Of a DNA stretch of 64,000 nucleotides, positions 17,329-31,329 are shown one piece after another; position 1 is the first letter of the stretch, and every line of letters begins with the position of its first letter. The notes beneath the pieces were generated by a model. The model had not been told where the DNA came from. It saw nothing but the letters and a program-made list of their open reading frames with translations, and did not search any database. The DNA comes from Lingula anatina (taxonomy: Eukaryota; Animalia; Brachiopoda): assembly GCA_051362555.1 (NCBI GenBank), contig CM120641.1:45762401-45826400 (forward strand), written 5' to 3'. A program made the position numbers and the translations under genes.

Positions 17329-17730
17329 TAAATGTACGTGCCTCTTCCCGGGTTCAATGACTTGAAAGCTGTATTCAGACTGACTTTAAACTTGAGTAAT
17401 TATGGTTCTATGCCACACCACCAGACAACCTTGTAACCCTTCAACAATTCTAAAGTCTCCCCGTCACGCTGCCCTCAAACAGGGAGACCCCATAACAACC
17501 ATGCACCATAGACTGTGCAGTGAGACTTGTGCAAGAACCTAACACCCAAACTGGAGTTACTCTTTGAGACCAAATATTTCAGTTTACTTTGACCCAAGTT
17601 AAGGCTGAGAAGCAGGTAACCTCAAGGAAACCTGTTTTAGAAAATTAAGAAAATGACTTTTTAGTTTAACTAAGGGCTACCCTATTTGGAGAGTGAAGTG
17701 TGCGTGGATTTATCCTTAATTGAAGATGGG

Positions 17731-17910
17731 CATAACCTGTAGCCGGGGGTGGGGTGGTGGGGGGGGGGGGGGTCAAAAGAATCCTCCTTTTTGCTAGGAA
17801 GAGGTCCTCTCTGGGTAAAATTTTATCTCGGTACACGGAGGTTCCATTGTAAAGAGTCTACTTTTTCAGAAAAAAGAACCCCCCTCTTGTGATTCCCGGC
17901 TACGGTCCTA
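17731..17910 (-). mobile_element. MITE family A copy 2 (opposite orientation)
   Basis: cctgtagccgggg ... ccggctacggtcct; reverse complement of the family A core (ctttttcagaaaaaagaacc). Confidence 0.7.
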
Positions 17911-18368
17911 GAAGCAGACCATTTTTTAAAAAATCTAATCATTCATCTTATGTAAAAGTAGACTAAAATTTTGACATAAAGTTTAGATCAACTTTACATG
18001 ATTTTTTTCTTAAAGCCAAAAACACCTGCAAAGGGAGGAAGCTGCATTTGACAGGGATCCATGTGGGCGTGGGCAAGTGCTAATAATGTGGCTACTGGTC
18101 CATGAAGTCATTGGGGAAAAAAAATAAAAGATGTCTTTTACCTAGTGAGGTTAGACTGAGCAGACTCAATGGTAGACTGAGTTAGGCTATGTGACTATAC
18201 TTGTTGCATTCTGTCTTGCACAGTGTATATTGAATGATGGTATATGCTGGCATGTACCGAAGTTTTGTGGCAAAGAAAAACTGGAGTATGAAATGGTATG
18301 ACATACGGCATATGGGTCGTACTTGAATTATAAATGTTCAGTGTCTGGGAAAACTACTGGTTTACATA

Positions 18369-21300
18369 CGGTAAAGTGCCATGAATTTCGAACGGCTCTT
18401 GAATTTCGAACGATCTTAAAATCGGCCGTCTGGAGTTTTTTCTGGACCATGAATTTCGGCCAGTAAGCAATTTTGCGCGATCTTCATTTCGTGAATTTCG
18501 TACACCTTAAAATCGGCCACCGGGCTATTCTCGCGCTTATAAAGATCTAACAGTCGGCAATGTTGCCCTAGCGTACCTTTACCTGAGTACTACGTGTGCG
18601 GCCCACGGTGCAGGATAACGATCAGTACAGTTAGTTTAGGACGCTAAACAACATCGTCATATCCATTCATTCAGATAACAGGAGAATCTATTAAGAGTTG
18701 TACTGTCGGGCTGTTGTTTCTTTACCGCAGTATTCGGTGTGAGATAGCGATCGGTAGTTTTGCTGAGGCGCACAATAGCATTGTTATCGTAGAGACTTCA
18801 GTAACAGAACAAAAGAGCAATATTAAGAGCTGCAATAAAGATTACCATTATTGCTTTCTTGTCTCGCTCAGATCGTTCACGATCTCCCGCTGACGATCTT
18901 CTGCTAATGAAGTCCCTTGAAATGTACAAATGAAATGAAAAATATTTTTAAAAATAATAAATTCCAATAGGGAGGGATGGAGGGTTAAAAACAATCGAGA
19001 ACGATCTCCGGCTGACGATCTGCCGCAAACGAAAGCCACTGAACGAGTATGAGCTTTCTCGTTTCACTCGGATTGCGACGCTGACGATACGAAAATTGCG
19101 TTCTCGTCTCGCCCTTTGGCTTACGAAGTCTCTTTAACAAATATGAAAATTGCCTCCTGGTCTCTCTCGGATTGCGAACTATCTCTCGCTGAAAATTTGA
19201 AATTTTCCTTTTTGTTAATCAGCTTTGTCAGTTGCCGTGCGTATGAAGGTCCGGAAGGTGTCCCCTTTTACAAATTGGCCTGTAGTTTGCTTAGTGTTTT
19301 GTACCGCATGAAGGTCACTCTTGTCACTGCTGCATACGGCGTGGAATGTGTATCTTAAAGTTCATAGAAACATTTTATTGTGTTTTGTAAGCTTTAGGAA
19401 GTAGTTTCGTCGTGACTGAATATCAGCGTACACTACAAAGTAGTACCATTCATCTGTGACGCATCATAAAAGCTAGGTACGTCAAATTACTCTAAGAAAA
19501 TTTCTTACAACGTCCACGGCTGTCCCGACAAGCCAAGACGTCATTAAAAAAAGTCGCAAGCCGTCTAGCCGTCTTTGGAAATATAGGCCGTCCGGTGATG
19601 TCAGCGGCCGTCCAAATGACGGCTGGACGGTTCGCTGGGAAAAGCCTTGCTCATAAGGGTATATTTATTAAACTAGGGGCTTACTGACATCACCCAGCTT
19701 ACATGCGGGTGCATGCCTCCCAAAATTATATTAAAGGATAAAATTGTAATATATCTAAATTTAATTGTTTGTAAATTTTGTAAAAATTGCCCATGCCACC
19801 CCGTTAGTTTGGAGGGTTAAGCTGGATCAAGTCCGTGTCAAAATTCTTTGAAACTTTGCAGGAAAAATCAATCTTCCTTTGTTTCTCTGGCTCCTTGTTT
19901 AGCCCGATGATCAGATTTATCTAGTGCCCCCAGGTCTGCTGGAGCAGCTCTTTGAAATAACACACAGGTAGATTTTTATCTGAGATAAATATCGCGTTCG
20001 ATACACTCAAGACAAAAGCTACCTGTGGGCTGAAGGGCACTTTACCCTCTAATTAAGAGGTAAAGCAAGTTCCAGCTAGATGGACGATTAAGATCGGACT
20101 TCAGATGGTAACTAGTATTGTTTACCTCAGTTCTGTGAAAGCAAACGAGAAGGGTGTCAGAACAATGGTGCATATATAAATTATACAGAGAATTTGTACA
20201 TTCAGGTGACCTTAACATATAATCGAAGGGGATTTTCGATAATATTTCTTGAAAAGTACACTAGATTTATAGAGAATAATATCATGGTTGGCCAAAAAAT
20301 TATATACGCACAGTGTATCCGTGCGTATGCCTGGTTACGCCACTGTCGCAAACCATATCCTACTGACTACATGAAAATTGCCTTCTAGCATGGACAAAAA
20401 GTCCAAGCTTCTATGCTTGCTCGGATCGCTGACGATCTCTTGCTGTCGAATATAGTAACGAAGTCCCTTGAACTAGTGTGGAAATTGACTTATTGTCGCG
20501 CTCAGATCGCTCACTATCTCCCATTGACGATCTTCCAGTCCCTTGAACGAATATAAAAGCTGCCTTTTCGGTTTACTCTAGATTACCTATCTCTCGCGTT
20601 TGTTTGAAGATGGTTTCAATGACAAAACGTACACGCTTTTCAAATGCGTACATTGACGCAACTATGCGCCAGGAAATCAGTTGCTGCTGCTTGTAAAGAT
20701 TGGGTTGCCTGAGCGAAAAAAAAAAAAAAACGGCCCTGCACCCCCCCCCCCAAACCTAGTATATTTGATCGCAGACAACAATCAGCGGTCATCTTGGTCG
20801 CAGCGCACGACGGAGAGAGACCGTAATACACAGTTCGGCTGCCGTGGCGAAGGCTACCTGTGCGCCGCACATACCGATCTGCGGTCGTAGTGGCCTCTCT
20901 GCACGGAGGAGAGGCCGTAGTGCCGAGGCCGGCTTCTGCAGGGAAGGCTACGTATGCGTCGGAGACACCGACCCGCGAACGGCGAGATGAGGACGCATTC
21001 GCGCGTAAAGCTCCGCCCGACTTTAACGGTAAAGGCAACGAACCTGGTCGGGGAAGACACTTATCGCAGATGAAGGCTACCTGCACGTGCGCCATAGACA
21101 CTGATCGGCTGTCGTCTCAGTTTCAGTGCACGGAAAGGAGCAACGGTAACACTAAGCTTCCATAGTAAAGGTTATCTGGCCGTGACAGACGCTGATCGTC
21201 GGCCGTCTCTCCCTCCGTCCACTCCCGTTCTGAGCGCCAGGATCTTTTTGGAAAACGACACTAGTTTCTGGCTGCCAGAATCGCGTTTGAAAAACGACAC

Positions 21301-21654
21301 TACTGACGCATTATTTTATAAATGGTGCAAGGACGTGCTGTTTTGCGGCCCTAGACAACAGTACCGCTCTATCTATGGGCCATACACAGTGATCGGGTGA
21401 AAGTACGTGTATATCTTTGGTCGCAATTACCGACACTCACACATCATACATTATGGTAACTCTAAATAGATCGTCGGGAGAAGATAACAGAAGGCCTAGC
21501 GACGAACAGACAACTTCCGGTCAAAATTGACAGAATTCCATGAAATTCGAACTTTCGGAAGTTCTGAGCACCTCCATTTCATGAATTTCGGCCAGAACGA
21601 TCTTTTCCCAAATTTAATTATTTTCTACTGTTCGAAATTTATGGCACATTACCG
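18369..21654. mobile_element. 3.3-kb non-autonomous DNA transposon, Tc1/mariner/pogo-type ends
   Basis: TA|CGGTAAAGTGCCATGAATTTCGAAC ... GTTCGAAATTTATGGCACATTACCG|TA: 25-bp TIR with 2 mismatches and TA duplication. Repeated subterminal GAATTTCG motifs; CpG-rich interior with no recognisable transposase ORF. Confidence 0.8.
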
Positions 21655-24600
21655 TATATACACTGTTGCATTACTTAAACTTTGTATAAAAATTTAAATG
21701 ATACAAAGATCAGTTATGTTTTAATTGAAGTTATTAAAGGCTTTAGCTGCTCTTTATGCTCAGGAAATTATGCAAATCTTTTATAGTTATTCATGTGAAT
21801 TTTTTTGACCAATTTTGATGTTCTCCATCTTTACCCTTCTTCAGATGCCACCTTCCCTTGAAAAGTCTCCAGGTTTTTATGTGTCTGTCTATTCTGATCA
21901 CTGTCGTCACTGTCTCTGTTGTAGTCACTGTCTAACTCGTCTGTTATTCACCCTATAACTGCCAAACCACATTTATGTATTACTTAAAAGTTACTGATTA
22001 GCTTTGTTTGGTGAAAAGACAGGTTCCTGTGGAAAATCATCATGATTCGGTTATTTTTACAAAAGTTACTGTCAACTGGAATGTGCGTGTTGAGGTTAGA
22101 GTGCAGTAATAGGAATGGCTTTTTGCAAGCTATAATTGCTGTTTAGTTTCAGGTAGAGTCTAAAAACAGCCCCAAAGATCAAGATTTGGTGGGCAGAAAC
22201 TTAAAATGCAAATCATAATGTATAAATATAGAGAGATTAAGTGAGCTATGTGACTATATATTATTATTATTCCACTGACTAGTAAAAAAGTGTGCTAGAT
22301 TTTACAGTTTTAGATGACTAACACTTTTATTCCATTAAAGCTCACATCCCTCTATCTTGGGGCTAGTTGAGAAGTGTATCAGATTAAAAGGGGGGAGGGG
22401 AGCTGATGTAGAGGTAATTTTAGTGTATAAAGGTTTACCAAGGCATATGATTTGAAAGATAGAAAGTGAAGATTGGATAGGCACAGTGCTTTTAAAAATC
22501 CTTATTTTGGTACTGCTCGTTACAAAATTACACCTTATGGCACCATTTGTAATAAAATTGAAATAAAAGGTAACTGTGAGACAGTCAAAGTTACACAGTC
22601 ACAGTCCTGTAGCCCACAGGGGAGGTCTTTTCCTGACAAAATGGGCTTATTTTCCTCCCCAAGCCTGAGGGCCTTTTACCTTCCAACTTACAGAGGCACA
22701 GATCTCCTGCTTATTTGTCTATCAATTTATAAGTCGGTGCTGATAGTATTGTGGGAGTGCTAATGTATTTATTGTCAAAATACATTGATGTATTGATTTC
22801 CACTACATTTTGAAATTGGAAAGCAGTATGGTCTTAAGGTCTTTTTAATTTCGATGTATGTAAAAATTGGCATGTGAGAAATATTTTTATGTTGAGACCA
22901 TAACTCGTCCTGAAAATGTGTTTCATATGTATATGTGAGTATATATTTTGACAATGAAACACTGAAAAACAAAAACAACAGTGGAAAAAAAAATCAGATG
23001 TTCACACCTGCAGGATAGTTATTTTATACACCTGTATTGCATTGTTAAGATTCCAGGAACAAACATTACTAATTTTTTGGTATTTTTGTTTTTCTTTCTC
23101 CCCCAGAAATGCTTGTTTTAATTCATTACAGATTACTAATATATGGTAAAATTGAACAGTTCAACTTGTATGAGGGTTGTTAACAGTTCTGTGTATCTTT
23201 TTATGTATGAGACATTCACCTGTTTTACACAAATAGCTGTTATTTTTAACAATAAGTACGAATACATTGTTTCACTTGCTGCAAGCTGATTTAGCAGTTG
23301 TCTTAAGATTTGTGTTTTGTATTTTATAAGAGTTTCTAAAGTTTCCTGTATTAAGAAAGGTTAAGTAAGATCATTTTATTCAAAGTTTGTACTAATGCCA
23401 TTTATCTCTTAAAGGGGCATATGAACTGAGGAAAAGTGTTAAATATTGTTGTTGAGATGGTGTCTGAAATAGTTTATGTTAATCATCGCTATGTGATGTA
23501 AAAATTATGTGTCAAAAAACAATTGCAACATATAGTTTCTTGTCCGTTTTGTGTGTTCAGTCTTACACCCGCATTCAACACATTTTATTACTACTACTTC
23601 TACTACTACTACTACTGCTACACCGTAACACGAACTACCAAATTAAACCAATGTGACCATTGCAACATTTGATAGCACCTCGGCGCAAGGTAAGCCTCAC
23701 AACATTTTACGTCACATTTACATCATTGACATAGGCCACTGCCCTCTCTATTATGTTCCTACTTTCAAGTTTTGTGTCATGTTCTCTTCTTTTTATTCCT
23801 TTTATGAAGTTACAAGTTTCTTCTCTACAATGGCTGCCATTTTTTTATTAGAGCAAATCCCTTGCAGTCACATGGTACCCCTACTCACTTCGCTTTCACA
23901 TATGGAAGTATGGGTTGTAAATGTATCTTTTAAATACTATTGTTACTGATTGAACTCCTATTTAGTAATGAAAGTGGGTTTACTGATTGTGCTAGATGTT
24001 TTTCCACTGGGTGGTATGGTTGCAGTGGTCATAAGTAGTTTTACTGAAAAAATGTACATGTAACTTTTGCCAAAAAAACACTTCAGAATGAATTAATGTG
24101 CCCTGCTTTTAGCTATCTTGGAGTTAAGTCAATTTCCCCACGCTTTTTCCCAACCAGTTCATTCATATATGCTAGTATCCTAGCCACATAACACATTCTT
24201 GACTATCGCTGTTGGAAAAAAGTATATTACAATTGATACGGATTCATATCACAGTAAGATTTTCATTTCCTGTCAATACGGACTGGGCGTGTATTTCTTA
24301 GTGTGTTCTTGCAACAGGCAAGAACTAGAAAATGTTTTTGTTTTTACCTGAGAGCCATCACGAAGTTCCTAGGAGTCAGAATAGCAAAATATTACTATAT
24401 GATATTCTTTTAGTCATCCCAAAAAATTCACAGAGAAAGCCCTCTTGTCACGTACTAGTACTTGGTGCTTGCAAACCAAGAAAGAGCACACAAAATGTAA
24501 AGTAACAGATATATCAGTTTATGTCACAAATTATCAGGTATAATTGCACATACTGGTTTTATATAGTCTTAAGCTACGTGTTTGTGAAGACTAATTTTGA

Positions 24601-27600
24601 GGTAAGAGTTATAGTAAATGCTTCAAGACGTGCATGTGCAACTTAAACCTAGGACACATATGCCCTGTCTGGGGTAGCATTATAAGTTTTTTCGCCTTGG
24701 CCAAATCACTACTTTTTCATCACTTCATTCTCCAAATGGATTAAATTTGACTAAAACAAGCCAGACTAACCCTATTTTGTTAAGCCAGTTAAGGTCAGAT
24801 TTAGCACATGGCTAAATTAGCGAGTGTGCCTCCTCAGCCTGTGATGTCCATATGATGCCTGTAAACTACCCGTATATGTCCCTTTTCGTCAGGTGTCCCT
24901 GTGGAGGCAGGCAGTGGTCATACAAAATCGTACAAATTCACTGCCTGGTAGCCGTTACCATTTTGTCGAGCTGAAACTTTTGTCAAAATTTTAAAACTCC
25001 AAGCACACAGGACTTAGCAGTGTCATAGATGTCATTGCATAATACCCGTACATATGGGCATTTTTGGTGGTCTCAAGGTAATAGTGGGTGCTTAAAAGTC
25101 TATGTTTCAATCAGCAAGGAAGCTTTGGAGTGGGTGTTCATAAGCTGGACTGAGATTGAAAGGGCTTTCAACCAACCAATGATTTTTTCCTGACCTAACC
25201 TCAGCACATTGTGGCGAAAAATGGCATAGTGAAGATGTGATTTTTTCTTTGAAAAATAGCTCTTTGAATGGATGTGCTGCAAAAAAGTACTATGACAGAA
25301 CACTTTTAATTGCGCGTTGACATTAGTCTGTCATTAGACATATTACTAACTTTTTATGTATTCTTTTTTTTTTTTTTAATTGCCAAATATATGGCGCAGC
25401 CATGTGCATCACGTACACTTTCACACAGCACCAGTTTTGCATTGTGTTTTATTTCAGGAGCAAGGAAACGGCCAAAGAAAACAGATAATGACCTTGGCAT
25501 TCTGTCAATCATGGTCTCGTGCTTTGACATAGTTAGGTGGAAATTTGGTGAACATTTAGCATGCTTTATTGTTTTAAATTTTACTGTGTGTAGTTGTGTG
25601 TGTACCTGTTTTGTGTATTCTGTAATATAAAATAATTTTGAGCACAGTGGGAAATAATGCCCCGAAAAAATTGTGACTCATACCTAAGCTGATGTCAGAG
25701 CTTCTTTCAATTGCCAATGTTCGAAGATCATTAGCTTTAACATGTTACCAACTTTGACTAAACCTACCACAGAATTAATATTTTTAAATGATGAATTATC
25801 ATTTTTTTTAGCTGGAAAACTTAATTTTCCGAGAAGTGTAAAAATTTCAGTACATGAACATGCTCATACAGTTTTCTTTTTGTGGGTTCATTAAAGTAGT
25901 CCTGTTCACTGTTTTCATGAGTTTCTTTTTCTTTCAAGTCATATTTAAGTAGGGCAGTGACTTTTTAGTTGTTGTATAAAGTTACTGATTTAATGCTAGC
26001 AAGTGTTATTAAGTAACATGTTCCAAATTGGACAGCTGCCGATGATTAGAACCATGTACTAATATCACTGATCAAAACATCTGATGTAGGCCCAAGTAAT
26101 ATGGTCTTTTTTCATGTGTAGGCACTTTTTCACATTCCTTTCATCATATTTTATAATTTCGAAAATGTGTCCTTGTAGTCCTGTGCTTACTGACACCCTA
26201 GATTCATCCTGAATTCACTGGCATTGTTGGGGCATTGAGCTTTGTGAACCAAGCGATTAATTCCATTGGAGCTCTATCTCCCCAGTTTAAGTGTTTTCAT
26301 CTCAAATAGAAGAAGAATGAGAAGAGAGAGGGAGACAGAAAAAAAAACAACTTCCAGTTATTGACAGTTATATATTGAACCAAGGGTCCCCCAATGTGGA
26401 AGCCTTGTGTAATATGTCAGTAAGACATGCATGAACTTTGGGTGAAGTTTGGTACAATCACTAAGAGCTGCATCAGTGATTACACAATGCTTTACGCTCC
26501 AGATGTCACATTGTAGAAGAACCTTTACTGTGCTAGAATTACAGGCTTAGGGGACCAGAGCTTTGTCCTCCATAAAGAGAAAAAACATTGCAAAAAACAC
26601 GTCCCTGTTATACAGTCAATCTCCTATAATAGGAGGTACTATTAATCATTTTTTGAAAAGCGGGCTTGTGCATGGGACCTTTTATTGAAACGTTACACAC
26701 AAGGGTTGTTGAGGAAGAAAAGCTCTAACCAAGCATTTCATCTTGAAAGTCTAGATTTTTGGGCATTGGATGGAATCCAAAGTTGCACTTTGAAGAAGAG
26801 TTGAAATTGTGACCCATTAGAGAAAACAATGGAGGAGAAGCGGGCGGTTTGACTGAAGTTGGGAACCAAACTAGGTTGGTTGGATTTCGCCAAGTGCAAG
26901 TAGCAAGGACTCCAAGCTGGGGAAGGTGAACCTCCATGTCGGAGAGATCAGGGTAGGTAAAGCAATACATACATACATACATACATATACACTTACATGT
27001 ACACATGCACGCACATGCACGCACGGTTTCCATTGACAGGAATTACTACCAATATGCATTCCCAACAGATAGTGAAAGAAGGCAGCAAGAGGAAAACTTT
27101 GAAAGGAGATCTATTTTAACATGCCAGGTTAATTGCTAAAAACTGGTAGTTGATAGCAGGTACATGCGTGAAGTACATTTTATCCTGTACTCTCATGCTG
27201 TTAGCATGTCTTAACACATGTTATGTCATATGTTATCATTATTATTTTTTAATATATATAGCCAATATTGATCTGTATGTATCTATGTATGTTTTTGAAC
27301 TTTTTGACAAGACTGGTGTACCTTTGAACGTGTATTGTACCTAATATGGTATGTTTGGCCTAATTTTACAGTTGTAGGAACCTGACGGCGTGTTGCTCAT
27401 GAAAATATGCTCAACCCAGATTAGGCCTTGACTTTAGCCTAGATTGTGTCATACATGTTTGATAGCTGCTCTATAGCCAAGTGGTGGGTAGCGTGCACTA
27501 CGTTATTAGCATGTGTTTGTGTTCGGCATTTATGTTATGTTATATAACATTTGGTTTTAGCAATACCAGAAAAAAAGGTTAACTGTAGAATTAATGTTTG

Positions 27601-28849
27601 CACATGCTTTTTAGCAAAAATGAAATGAATAGAAAAATTAATGATAAAATTATTTAAATAAAATTCATGATTGATTTGGAAAAGGATGACTGTTGAAGAA
27701 TGGTGGTAGTACGTATTGTTTTGTTAGCAAAGGCCCTCTTAGATAATGGAGTTACTGTGAAGTCTTTTATACAGGTATGTTGATTTGTACACAGGAAATA
27801 CAGGTGTGAAGTTAAAACTTCAAATGGCAGTATCGAAAAAAAATTTCGACAAATGTTGAACATTGGATTAAAATGTGAGTGTGACAAAAAAGGTGGATCT
27901 ATTTCACAAAAAGAGAAAATTTCAATTATTTGGGCTGGAACAAAAGCTGGAATAGAAGTTTTAATCCTTGCAACATGTGTTATTGTTGTAATGTTCCTTG
28001 ATGTCTAAGCAAAATTATAATTTGTTATATTTAAAACTGGGTTCATTTAAAACTAAGTTTGGCAAATTACTGGTGGAAAATGCTTTATCTAAATAGATTT
28101 TTTAAAGTCCTTTTTATACTATACCACTGTATCTTGGATGACAGAAAATTTTTGAACAAATCTCTCATCATGAACTTCCCAGGGCTCGCTGAATCTCAGT
28201 TGAGACTAAACTTGTAGAAGTTTTATATTATGAAATGGACAAAGTTTTCTAAAAAAAAAACTGTAATTTTCAGGCTCACAGATGTGAAAATGACCAAAAT
28301 TAAATAAAATTTGATAAGAAATTTTCTGAGTATTTACCAGGAATCAGAATTATTTGGGTAATTATTAGGTTATTAGAATGATACAAGGTATGTTTTTAAT
28401 AATAATAATATTGAATAATAATAATAATAAAGTGGGGGGGGGGGGGAGATCAGATTACCCACCTATCTGTCCATCCGTTTGGCAAGTTGTCAGGTATTAA
28501 ATCAATAAGAGCAACTTCAAGACAATCAAGATCTTAACAAGTTGTTATGCGCCAAAATATTTTCATGATTTTGCCCTTTTTTAAACAATTTTTCCAATAA
28601 TTATATTGAAACTTTTATATTGCCTGGATGAAATCTTGTTTTACCATTTGCTCCTAAGATTTTATATTACTAGAACTGCAAAGAGAGAACAACTTAACAT
28701 GTTTTTCTCTTTTTTTTTGTGGATTTTCAGATAATTTAGTTCTGATAATTTTGTCAGATCAGCTGAAGTAATTGCTTACATACAGGATAACCTTCTACAT
28801 GGTGATACACCTAAATTTTCAGCTCACACACCACTGTCTGTCTAGTTTG

Positions 28850-29018
28850 CAGGCTCGTAGCCAGCAGTTTCAAAAGGGGGGTTCTTTTTTTCTGAAAAAG
28901 TGGACCTTTTACCATAAAACCATCATGGACCTAGTTAAAATTTTACCTAGAGGGGTCCCTTTTCCGACAAAAAGGGTGGTTCCTTCGACCTCCCCCCTCC
29001 CCCATGGCTATGGGCCTG
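28850..29018 (+). mobile_element. MITE family A copy 3
   Basis: caggctcgtagcca ... tggctatgggcctg; closely similar to 9862-10027. Confidence 0.75.
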
Positions 29019-29213
29019 TGGTGATACACCTAACTTAGTAAGTTTTCAGCTCACACACCACATGTCTGTTCATTTTGTCACCATCTCTCTGTGGTGTGAA
29101 CAGCATTGTGAACAGCATGAAGGGAGTGAGATAAAACCAATAAATTGAAAAATTCAGTCCACTTATAAATCCCTCACCATGTATAGATAAGTAGGTATTG
29201 CTTGTATAAGGCA

Positions 29214-29214
29214 T

Positions 29215-29253
<39 letters not shown>

Positions 29254-29255
29254 TT
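29214..29255. repeat. (ATTT)n microsatellite
   Basis: Read directly from the sequence. Confidence 0.9.
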
Positions 29256-29580
29256 ATTTTCATTCATCACCTTCAGTCATGTTGATGACTGCTACTTGTA
29301 ATTGTTTTGACATCATTATTCTTGGGGAATCTCTCATCTTTACGCAATCGATTTTCTTTTGTTGTTCATTTGCTTTTTTCGTCTTGCATCCTTATGCAGA
29401 TTGTTGAAGGAATTGTAGTTTGTTGTACAGCAAGATGCACTTTTACCAGTTGTGTTTCTCTCGTTCCTTTTTCTACCTTTCATTACTTACAATAATTCAA
29501 TAAAAGGTAGAAGTAACAGACTCATTAAGGTTAAGTGGCTTGCTCCTCATGTGCACTTCTTAGGGTAGCTATGTTCAAGA

Positions 29581-29583
<3 letters not shown>

Positions 29584-29620
<37 letters not shown>
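29584..29620. repeat. (TG)n microsatellite
   Basis: Read directly from the sequence. Confidence 0.95.
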
Positions 29621-29622
<2 letters not shown>

Positions 29623-31329
29623 GTGCACACATGTGTGCGTGTGTGCAGGTGAAAAATGGGATTAGAATTGTACGTTTTTGTGATAAAATCAGAAAAATTT
29701 AGCATTTCAAATTTAGGAAACTTTTTCATTATTGTTTAAACTGTTTCATTATTGCAGTACTGATCAAGGATATCTTGAAGGAGTTGGTAATTACTTCACC
29801 TAAACCTACTTGAAATAACTTCAGCCTCTCAAAATCTTAAAATGTAATCTTAAAGGTAATCTTAAAATGACATTGTTGCTCTTGGAAGGGAGGAAGGGTG
29901 GGCTGATGACGCCATACACTTGATCACTGTGAAATATGGGTGAACCTGGCAATCAAGGCATTGACACGTAAACTGAGTGTCATTTCTCTTTTTTTTCCTC
30001 TGTCAAAGCAACATGAGGGTAGGGGAAGGGTGAAGGCAGAGGCAGTTTACCTAGTTTACACTGAATATGTCTAGACACAGATAAGATTTTCTCACTGAGT
30101 TCGTCTTTGTGGATTGTGTCAACACAGAGTGAAACTAGTGGCATCAGCTATTGTTTTGTCTGTTGTTGTCAACCAGAATATTTTTCACTTGCTATCTGTT
30201 AGTCTTACAGTAGAATTATACCAGACTGATTGTTTTGGAAGACTTTTCATTCTGAATTTGAATTATTTAGTTTTAGACAAATAGTTAGATAAATATAAAT
30301 ATCAAATCAGTGGAGCCTTTTTGTATATATTTAAATAATAACTTATCTCTGGCAAAATTAACCAGAGACTGTGATTGTAAAGTTAGGGCTCATTCCTAAT
30401 AAAACTATCATTTTATATCCATTGATCCAACTCTAACCCTCCAACCTAAATCTCCAAGTATTCAGATATATCATTGTTGTATTTATGCCCCCCTCCAAAT
30501 CCAGCACCCCTTGTATTCAGTTGCCCACCCATTGTCCACACTTGGCACCTTAAGTTTTTTTTGTATTTTTTTTTCTAAAAGGTCCACTTTCATCTCTGCT
30601 AATGGTAGTATGTTTTCTTTAATCTTCTTTCAATTGCATTTTATTCCAGCTAAAATATTGTGAAAGTACTTATAGTCATGGAATTACTTCATAAAGTTTC
30701 TGCATTGTATTGCTGTCATCAAAAACCTTGACAAAAGAAAGGTGAATAAACTTTTAATACATTTAGTTTTGCATGTGAAATTTTTGTAAATAAAATCATG
30801 ACCACTGGCAATTTAAGCCAGATTAATGCCCAATGGGTTAGGGTTATTTAGTTTTATTATTATTCCAGTCTATGTCCACTGGCAAAAACTCCCTGCCTGC
30901 CTCTTATATATGGGAAAAAAACTGAGGTACAGCATGTGTCGACTTGCTTTTAAAAAAATTGTTTCAAAAAATAGGTTTTAAATGTAGTCTCTCTGGATGA
31001 ACAAGAATCCGAATGTGATACTCTAAATTATAGGTTTGTTAGCATTGTCATATTAAGTCTATGTATCATGTATCTGACACTCTTGCAGGTTGTAGATAAT
31101 TGTAAGAATAACAAACATGTTGTTCAAGTGGTATAATATGGCCTGTGAGGTGGTGACTGCTGCTATCTATTAGACATAAACTTGTGCATGACTGGCGGGC
31201 AGAGGAAGCGGACCCCGTGACGCAAGTCGTAAAAACTGGCATTTCCATTAATGGCTTTGTCCAGTGTCAGAATTAAAGTATAATGGGTAAAAAAAAAGGC
31301 TGACCAATAGTCTACATAAGAAAGTCTAA

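Noticed and set aside
19116-19358. ORF with faint resemblance to a pogo/pipsqueak HTH (AAYGV)
   Set aside because: Too short and weak to call without an HMM search.
20640-21400. Overlapping 68-153 aa ORFs
   Set aside because: A by-product of high GC inside the transposon; no recognisable domain or splice structure.
23409-24110. TTAA-AGGGGCATATG possible Kolobok left end
   Set aside because: No convincing matching right TIR found.
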